A DNA stretch of 64,000 bases, taken from Perna viridis (taxonomy: Eukaryota). Shown here piece by piece: positions 36,894 through 47,200 of the stretch. The stretch is taken from positions 15,686,001 to 15,750,000 of the forward strand of contig CM074518.1 in the NCBI GenBank assembly GCA_037379345.1, in the 5' to 3' direction. The notes under the pieces were generated by a model. That model saw only the letters and a list, made by a program, of their open reading frames with translations. It was not told the DNA's origin and did not search any database. Made by a program: the position numbers and the translations under genes. How positions within the stretch are numbered: position 1 is the first letter of the stretch; each line of letters starts with the position of its first letter.

Positions 36894-38118
36894 TAAATAT
36901 AGCCCAGGGGTATTCATAACTTGAAAGAAAATAATCACGTCCCCCTTTTTGATATGATCGTCCCGAAAATCGTTTTACCTTTAGGTTCAGTTTTTGCTCT
37001 AAAACATATCTTAAGTCTTTGAATATTGTAGCGATTAACTCTGTGAAAAGTGTATTTTATGTTTTTCTAGCAAGCATGTTCACTTCCGGCTTTTTTATAA
37101 CAAAACCTAAAACAAAAATTACATTATCTCCCCTTTCCCGCGTGACCAATAAGTGGAACTCTCCTTGCAGCGCGGCATTCCCACTGGAGGACGTTTTACC
37201 AGTAGGAGTGTAAGCTTTATGTACAGTTTAATTTTTTTTAGGCCATCCCATTTCTGTAGTAAAGACTTTTGTATACTTTTGAGGGAGTATCAACTGTATT
37301 ATCAATGTCATATCATGTGCCTCATCTGTGACAGTGACACTCTTATTTACTGTGTATTTGTTTCTTATTTTACTGCTTGTTTTTTCGTCATTTTAATTAA
37401 TGATATTTACGCAGATCTACGCTAAATTAAAAGTTAATATTTTCTATTACATCTTTTTTGGTTAAACTAATTTTATATAATTGTAATAAAATTTAGGTCC
37501 TATGTCAGTTTTTATCGCACGATTTATTGCTTTGTGATATCAAATTTAAGCTTAAATTCTAATTCAAAATCATAATTGACAATGGGATATATTTTATAGT
37601 GCTTTTTCGTTATCTTATTATTTTTTTAATTTCGTATATTTGTCCCCTATTTCCATGTTATCTAATACGGTTACAAAATACTAGATTAAAATGAAAGGTT
37701 ACGCCCTAATGTCAACAGCGTTTGCCGCGTGTCGCGAACTTGCATTATTGTTGATAGATTATTACTGGATTAATATACTGACTTGCAAAATAGCGCGTGC
37801 CGCTGGCAGAACAGGATATACTTACTCTTCTGTAAGCACCTGCTGTCACGACCGGTTTTTTGTGGGAGTTCATATTGCCAGTGCTTTAGTGTTTTTTGTG
37901 ACATCTTGTTTTCCTTATCGTCAGTTTTTATCTGTAATCTTTTTTTTTTATTTGATTGTGTATGTAGATCGCCTTTGCTTCATGTGTTCACGTTAAGGCT
38001 ATGTTTTTTTAGGATCCTGACGTATTTGAGTCACTCCACTGCCGACGTTAATATGTCGATATATCAATAGATGTTTTTTTTTTTCATCAAAAGAGAGACC
38101 AATACCTGCTGAATAGTT

Positions 38119-38212
38119 TTATTGATGATAATATTCTGGATGTTTGTACTCTGGACCTGCTCTGTAAACTCCATAGTCTGATACCTTGGCGTCATGGAAA
38201 TGGAGAACCAAT
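38119..38212 (-). CDS. MIF: MIF-like coding exon 3
   Basis: TTCTTCTGTTTAG acceptor, correct phase; RLVLHFHDAKVSDYG matches MIF RVYINYYDMNAANVG. Confidence 0.82.
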
Positions 38213-41200
38213 CTAAACAGAAGAACATGTTAATCTGAGTTATATGTGCTATAAGGATGCTGGTACAAATTCATGAAATAGGAATAGAAGTCGGAGTGTA
38301 TAGACTGATAATAATAAAAAATGTATTATAACATATGCAAACTGGATACAATGATATGGAAGCCATTTTTTGGTATCCCGCCGTTAATAAATTACGTTAA
38401 AATTTGTAAGCTGAGTCTGCCTAAGGAGAAACCTATTGTTAATTAAAAAAAATGTTGACAACGGCAAACAACTCACAGTCTTGATATGATTTATAACATG
38501 TTTGTAATATACATATGGAATTTTCTTTTGATCTTATAGTCAAATAACCAACTTAAAACTGTTCACCTTTAAAAACCATGGTCTTACATGACGATTTGAT
38601 ATTATATAATGATTTTCACGTCACTGAAAATAAATCATTCATTTGCTTTACAAGTAAGTAATGGTCTAACATAAAGATTCAAACTTTATTCCATAGTTTA
38701 AACCCCGCCCATCACAGTACGTAAAAGGGAGATACATATATGGACAACCACCAATTATGAAGTCAATATCGGGTAAGAGCGCGTTACTACGGCAAATATT
38801 GTTTATTTTCTACACAGTAATAAAATATCGTAATCATTTCAAAAATTTTGAGGAACTACTTTTGTACATTTTAATTCATGTTCAGCTTTGTCTTCTTTTA
38901 ATCCAATTAAGTCTTAATGACTTGTGCTGTAATAAGTCTATCATAATGTTGATTTTATTGTAGAGCTCTAGAATGGCACGCCTACTTCTCTTTTTTATAA
39001 GCATCCTTTCGAAGGAATACACTTTTTTCCAAATTTGAAAAGTCACAGTTTATAAAGGTTTCCACAATACACCAATGAATATCCACCACGAATTAACATA
39101 CACTGTTAATCTAGAATAACATAACAGGAGAAATGTGCCATGTTTTGTCGCAACCTCGAGTAGAGTGTAATTTGTAACAGTAACTTCTATACATTTTTAC
39201 TGTGTAGTCAAGTATTTGATAGTCACCAATAAACAGATGTGTTAAATAATTATAATCCAATACAAACTGGGTAATGTTCATTCTATTTGAGAAGTTTTTA
39301 TATTCCATTTCACCGATCAAATTCTGTCCTAAATTTATGACTTGATCGGTAAATAAATTTATCTTAACATCACTCAGTTGTATTCTGTCACCTACATTTA
39401 CTCCAGTTTCTCGTTTATCACTTCTGGTTAAACCCAAGCGTGTAGTTGAGTGTGATATTATTCAGTTATTATCACCTAGCGTCCAATTATGTGGCAGTTT
39501 TGTATTCTCATTTACCTAAAGTACATTTGTTTTGGTAGGTTGAAGATTTTAGTGGCGTAGGTCTGAATATCGTTTTACAATGTTGAAAATACGTTGTAGT
39601 TCTGCTCTGGAACGGAGTACGGCTACTTCATCAGCACATGTTGGTATTGCAATATAGATGTTTCCAAGTTTTAACCCAATAGAGTTTCTCTCAAGTTCTT
39701 CAAGTAGATCTTGTAAACATGTATTATTTAGAAAAATATAGTTTAGAAAAAGTGAGTCGATCAAATGCCTTTTTTGTTTTTTTTCCAAATCCTTTACTGT
39801 GATCTCCCTTACATTTTACTTTTATAGTTAATCCTGTGTATAGATCTCTGATAATCAATAAAAAATCCGGTTGTACACCTTTATCAAGTAATTTGCTGAA
39901 TAAGAAGACTATTTAAATGTCTACCCCGGACTTGACTTTTTATGAGCAACTCGGCGAGTGTTTCTAGAAAAGCAGAGGACGCTTACCCTACCGGTGCACC
40001 TGGTCCATGCTCCCAGTTTTTAGTGGAGTCCGAGTTGCTCATTTACTTTTGTTACTTTGTATGTATGATTTTAGTTACTTTATGTTCTTTGTTGTGTATG
40101 TCTGTTTTCCATGTCTGCTCTTTGTCCCTGGATTACATTCTTTTGATTACCGCTATAACTTTGGTTACCTTGATTACTCTTACAATATATATTTACTTAT
40201 TTCCTCTTATGCAGAGATTTTCACATGAATAATGAAAAGGAAAAACGATTATTATTATATGAATCACATAAAAATGTACTAAATATCAGAAAAAAAATAA
40301 TGGGAGTGAATCGCTGAAAGTTACACAGGAGGTGGTAAAAAATGTCCTTTATGGAAAGTTTTGTACATTCTGAAGGTATACTGTAAGCAAATTTTATTGA
40401 AAAAGTCAAGTTCATCACTTTCTAGTTCGAAATCAGTATTGCAGGATAAGATATTAACAGGGAAGTTAACAGGTGCTACACTGTCTAGGTTTACGCTAAA
40501 CTGAATTGGACTAATGTTAATAATGTCTTTCCAAAGATCATCACGTTCGTCGTTCAATGTACTACATGAGACTAAGATGTGTTCTACGATATTTGAAAAT
40601 AACATCCCACATCGATCACAAGGTAATATGTTATCGTCTTGTTTAATAACGGAACATAAGTCATCAACATATTTAGCTGCTTCTCGTTGTTCTGGGTAAA
40701 GGTTTGCTATAGTCCAGGCACGGTGTGGTTTAATTTCGCTTTGTATACATCTGGATAGGGTAAAATCCTCGTCGCTTGACAGCATCGAATACCACTCAGA
40801 ATGTTCAGTCTTTTTATCTGATCCCTGACAATAGCTGACCATGTTTTCTTTGATGGACATTTACCAGAGTCCAAAAATGTAACAAGGTGTTCTGTCATAT
40901 CGTATTTATGAGCTAGTCTATACACGTCAGGAATAAGACCCAAGTTTTAGAACATTTATATTTGAATTCGAATAGCCTGGTCATCATAATCCTTCTAGGG
41001 AATGCATTCGATTTTAGTCTACATATTCTGCCAAAGAATAATAACTTGCATTTATCAATGTAACACTCGATGCTGAACTAACCTAACAAACTTGTACAAT
41101 TGTCCGAACATGTCCGTTTCGAGAGTCCTTGTAACGTTTTACATGCGAATTTATGTGACCGGTCAAGCATCTCAGTTTCAGATTGAGTTAAGCTTCTCCA

Positions 41201-44200
41201 AAGTTCACAACCATAAAAGACTTTGTGTAACATAACTGTTAAACTATCTTTGAACAAGTCAGTGGGTTTACAATTGACGAGTGAATTCCAGAGTTGATAA
41301 CGGACAACACGGATCAGCGCAAAGACCGACAGGCATTGAAAGTTTCGTTCGTTGATTTTAAAGAACTCTCCAAAGAGTAATCAACGGAACCAATGTTATA
41401 GCGGTAATCAAAAGAATGTAATCCAGGGACAAAGAGCAGACATGGAAAACAGACATACACAACAAAGAACATAAAGTAACTAAAATTATACATACAAAGT
41501 AATAAAAGCAAATGAGCAACTCGGACCCTACTAAAATCTGGGAGCATGGACCAGGTGCACCGGTAGGGTAAGCGTCCTCTGCTTTTCTAGAAACACCCGC
41601 CGAGTTGCTCATAAAAAGTCAAGTCCGGGGTAGACAAACGAGGAAAGGAAAACTATGACCCGTTGAATAAATCAGTCTTCATGGTGCAGATGAATACACC
41701 ATAACGACCCACGAGTTCATGATGACCATAAAACTTCTGTAGTGATGACGTCAATCTTGTAGCAACAAAACCCTGTTCCAGAAGCCTATTTGTTAGAGTT
41801 CTAGCGCGATACAAAAAGTCTGCGTAGTTTTGGCAAGCTCTGGTATAACGTATGAGTTGTGATATGAACACACCATACGCTGGTGCCGAAGGAATGTTGC
41901 CACAGATGAAAGGAAAGTTGACAATACTGAATGAAAAGTCATCACATTTGTCGTAAAGTTTTGTCAATAGTTTTCCTTTTCCATCGATGTCTAAGTGTAG
42001 GTCAAGATATGAGGCTGACTTTACAGTGTCTGTAGTATCCTTTATCTCAAGTTCTTTTGGGTAGATGCAATGTATCAAATCCCCAAAATTAGGATTGTTT
42101 AAAGATAATAAGTCATCTATATAGCGGAAACTGAGATTGAAGGATCTATACAAACGATATTCGTTCTTTCTGATCAGATCAGCTATAAAGTCAGCCTCAG
42201 AAGAGTGAAAGAATGGATCAGCAAGTAAAGGAGCACAATGTGTTCCAATAGGAATGCCGACCGTTTGATGAAAAACACGTCCACCACAGTGGACAAATAT
42301 GTTGTGGATTAAGTATCCCAACATGTTTAGAAGAAGTAACTAAGGGTATTGTGTCACCATACAATGTTAGTTTTTTTTAATCATTGCGGGGATTTACACC
42401 ATAATGTAAAACTTGACTTTTCGAGGGAAAGAATTTTAACGCCCATGAAGTGCTATAATGTTCACATAAATCGAAGAGATTATGCATTTCGTGTTCATTT
42501 GATGATATCAGAACTATATCGTCTGCTTGCACAGAAGTGCTGACACAAATGTCAAGTAACATAGCACCGCGTTTTGACCAGTCAATATCATGAAGTAGAT
42601 CATTAATGCAAACAAGGTAAAATAGAGCTGACAAAACACCACCTTGTCGTACACCATGTTCAAGAGGAAAACAACGAGACATGTTGTTTCGAAACAGGAC
42701 ACAACTGTTCATGCCACTGTGCGTGTTATCGATCAAAGTGTTCCCGTGTATACCATGTCTATAAAGTTTCAGTTACAAGGCGGAGTGCCACACTGTGTCA
42801 AATGTTTTCATGCTATCTAGGAGGACGACACAAACTTTATTATGACGTTCGATGTAGTGATAAACAACCTCTTGTAAATTGAAAGAAGCAAACATGCTTG
42901 AAAGTTGTTTCTCGTGAGCCATTTGTAAAGGGTGTGGAAAGTTTCTTTTCAGAGAATGAAGGCGTGTTACTAAGGTTTTTTCAAAAAACGTTTGAGATAG
43001 AGCATATTAATGATATTCCACGGTACGAATTAGGATCGCTTTTCTTTTTATTACCGCCTTTAACAAGTGGAATAACTGCACTAGTCTTCCAGCACAAGGG
43101 AATATAGCATGATTCAAGTATTATGTTGAATAAGTTACACAGGTGTTTTATAAGATTCTTTCCGCCGTATTTGATGTCTTCGTAGTGTGGTAGCCTGTTT
43201 TTTTACTGTATATATTATGTTTTATTATATTTTGACAGTATTGTATTGTAAATTTATGTTTCGCATTTATTGCATTCTTTATATGAATAAAGATAGTATT
43301 TGATGAATATTTGAATTATTAAACCTATTTGGTTAATTGTTTTATTTGACGATTTACGCTAACTGGACTTGTGGACAGACGACGAATTCTACTGGTTTGT
43401 TAAGTTTCATTTCTTCTATATTTAACTTCAAAGGTTTCGAGTTAAATCTTCATGGTTGATTAGACCGCATACTTTCTTTATTTCTATTGGTCATTTTCTT
43501 TTGGCGGTAAGATTCTTTTGTTCTTTATTCGGAGACGCACTTACTGTAAAACTTTCATTGGTATAGGATTGGAAAAAAACTATCCAGACGAGACTATCTA
43601 CCATTTGTGATATTTCTTGTGTTCTTGTTTATCTGAGACATAGGAGTCTATTTCTTGAAAGGTCAGTTTCTTTCTCTGTTATTAATATTTCGTTAATAGT
43701 CCAGAAAATAGTATTTTAGCCGGCATGAGTTATTTGCATGAGACGGTTCAATGTTAGAATGGCGAATGCGAGATGTGCGCTGTATGAATGTTTAAAATGC
43801 ATAAATTTCTAGATAAAGAATATGTTGACATTAAATGAGCATTATTTCATTTTTATTCATATTTTTCCTAACTAGAGTATTAGCGAATATAAATAGGATA
43901 TTTGAATAAATTGCCGTATGAATGAGGATTCGATTCGAGTGCTCCTGAATGAGTGATGTTAATATTCTATCTTTTAAAGTTAGCGCTACGAAAAACACTT
44001 TATTTAATTGTGGTCAATGTTATTGTTTCCTTAGGAGTACAAATCAAGTATTCACGGGTAAATGAATGAATACAATCTATTTATAAGTGTCATTTGTTAT
44101 ACAGGTACTTTTCATGATGAACCATGGGATGATATTGATGTAGATTTTTAAGATTCAGGATAGCCTTTGCACCTTGATGTGAGGTAGGCAGTGTATTATG

Positions 44201-47200
44201 TTTGTTTTAGTTATATTTTGTTAATTTGCTATGGTTTTGGCCTATCGCATAACTTTGCAATCAGCATTATGTTTTTATCATTTTGTTAATATTTTGATTG
44301 AGATTCGTATTGCTTGGCAATCGTTATAATTTTCATGCCTGATTTGGTAACACGCAAATTTGCGAGTCATTAACATATTTCAAGAGTTTTGAGGTCATCG
44401 TATAATATACTGATGAGACCGTACTGAACTTGCTACTTTGTATTTATTACTGTATTTGTTTTATAGGGCCTATTTCCTGTATTTGATCCCGTGTTGTCGT
44501 ATACAGTAGAATAAAACGAATCTTAACCTTTGATGTCTTGATGACTCTATATTAGCCCATTCTAAGAGCTGTTACAGTAGGATATATTATCCAAAGCGGT
44601 ATATTTGTTGCTTGGCAGATTGCTACAAATATGATATCTTATTAACGGTAAATCGCTCAATTTGATATCATTAATTTGACAGTGCAGACGAATTTCACGA
44701 ACAAGCTCATCAATGGAATTGATGTTTTCTCGATTTGTTAACGTGTCGTCAAATTTGAATAGTGATTCAAAATGTTCAGCCCACGCATTACATATGTCAT
44801 TATCGTTAGTGTGTGATACACCTTTCACGTTTAGCTCACGACAGATAGTTTTATGTTGTCTTCTACTTTTTAAAATGGACCACATGTACTTTTGATCAGT
44901 TTCAACAGAATCTTCAATCATTTTCCACCACTTTTGCAAATGTTCATTATACGCGTTGTCCAGTTGGTGTCGGAAATCCCTCTTAGCGTTCTTATAGTTT
45001 AAAAAATGTGCATCATTACGACCATGAACTTTGCCATTAAGAATCCATTAAGAATCCATGCAGTTTGTTTTTCTCTCATCGTTTTTGGTAGACATCAACA
45101 GTTTCAGGCGAGGCAGAGTGTCGTTTTCGGCGGACTTGATTGCGTCAACTATACTTTTATAGTACACTTCTATATCATCCGGGGAAGCAGCGGCTGGAGC
45201 TTGAACACACCATAAATTTTGAGACAATGCAAACGAGTAGTAAATTAAAGCGTCTGAGGTTTTAGCTTTTGACCAAGTAACTTTCTCACAAGCAAATTCA
45301 TTAATAGTGGCACTATTTGAGAACGGATTTGAGTCTGTCATATTGTCATAAGCACATGCTATTGGTTTATGGTCCGAAACATTGTACATATGGTCATCGT
45401 CCGTTAAAAAAAACTTTACTAACATCTCGCAAATTGTCTCTATGATTAGTTATGTGATCAATTACAGAATTTGGACCGTTAGAGTATGATTGGAAAGTGT
45501 GGGTAGGCCCTCTAGCAAATTCTGGAATGTGAAGGGACACCTTATTGTTTTGAAGCAATAACTCTTCCAATAGGCTGCTCCGAGATACGGGGCCCAGACA
45601 CTTTACAATGGAAATCGCCAAGCATAAAAACTGTCCCGTGGTTAGATAATGCACTGTAAATATCGAAAAGGTATTCGAGTTCGCGGATAAATAGATCATG
45701 TGGTTGTATGACAGCAGGTACACAGACAAAAATAAAATGCTTGGTTCATTTGGAATTTTCAGTTCTATAACACATATTCTGCTACTGTCTATGTCTATTT
45801 CGTATATAAAAAGATATAAATGTTTTGAAACTATAACACTCACTCCACTACGGGCATTGTATCTAAAATTCTCGGGGAAAAATTCATCAACGCCATTCCC
45901 ATAAGCTTTATAACGACGACTGTCAATAGTGTGAAGAAAATCAAATTGTGATTTACGTAACCAGTGTTCGGACAATGCAATAATATCAATGTTGCTTTTC
46001 TGTAAAAAGATAGGGAACAGCTTACATAATGCCTCTACAGTTCCGACAAGCAATATCAAGTTTCATTGTCTAGTTACTGTATATCTGTGTAGTTATTTAT
46101 GTCCTAATTTTTCATTTCGAAAAACAGCCAAAGGAAGCCAATTTTTCATGAAGATACCTTCAGGCCAGAAAGAGGGTTCATGTAATTTATATTCGTCACA
46201 TTCGTCAATGTTAACTTGAGCGGAGGCAATTCCCCTGTTTGACCTGTCGAAGTAACGGAGATGTGTTACTCATACACCTTTCTCTAAAAGACGAAGTGTA
46301 TTTGTTGATACCACCAACATAGAAACGACTTATTTTACGCTTTTCTTTTCGCACATAACTGCAAAATTTGGAAGAACTTATAGGATAACATGCTGATGTC
46401 GGAAAATGCACTGGGATACCTTTATTACTAAGACATGTATCATTTAAAGGTTCAGACATATTTTCCCTCCAGTATTCACAAATATCAACACGCTGAGCAT
46501 TAGTGGGTATGTCCCTTATTCTTGTATCGGAAGACAGTTTTTACACGAGTCAGAGAGTTTTCAGACCTAGGAGTTTCCAATGGATCATTGCTGTGCAATA
46601 TTTGCGGGATGTCAGAGATTCTGGCATTTACAGATGAAACGCAGTGCGTAGATCGTCCTTGTGATTCTGGGATATCAGAGCGCCTAGAATAATCAAGTGA
46701 TATAAAGTTTGTACTTCTTTTGTTTGGTGGCGGAAAGTCAGAACATTAGACATTGTCTGATGATACAAGGTGGGTATTTCTTGTTGAAGAATTGAACGTA
46801 GACTTGGTAGTATGGTCGACTCCTTCAAGCTCAAATTGATTAGGTTTGGTCTTTAGAATTTCAGCATTCATAGTGTAACATGATCTCACCAATTCACAGT
46901 TCAATACATCCACTATATATCAACTAAAACGCCAAAACTTTTTTTCAGTATTAACAACGACCATATATATCAGGGACAGATAACCAAAAAAAAAGTAATT
47001 TGTTGAATAAGAAGAATATTTACAATGTATTACGACAAGGATAAGCTTCTGATATTAAAAGACTAGCCAATGATGGGCATTATCCTGGAGGAGAGCCAAA
47101 TTGTAAGTTACATTGCAGGTGAGAACCTAAATTAAGTCTATTCAAGATACAATATTCATGTCTCAGTTGTCTAAGAATAGATTTTAGAGTGATACCTCGA

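Larger units (their letters stand above)
40193..46962 (-). mobile_element. Decayed LINE (APE-RT, RTE-X-like), about 4.4 kb net of two internal insertions
   Basis: APE (IALSEHWL, SVIDHI), RT (GVRQGGVLS, VQADD), C-terminal C..C...EH....C; flanked by ATATATAT at 40185-40192 and 46963-46970; clade assignment is inference. Confidence 0.85.

Noticed and set aside
39942-40232. Repeated small ORFs (MSNSA.VSRKAEDAYP...) as a gene family
   Set aside because: They are translations of the non-coding Penelope-like 3' repeat; frames are not kept across copies
41512-41612. SECIS element, as described for some Naiad elements
   Set aside because: ATGA is fully paired with TCAT, there is no AA at the expected spacing, and the adjacent RT fragment has no in-frame TGA
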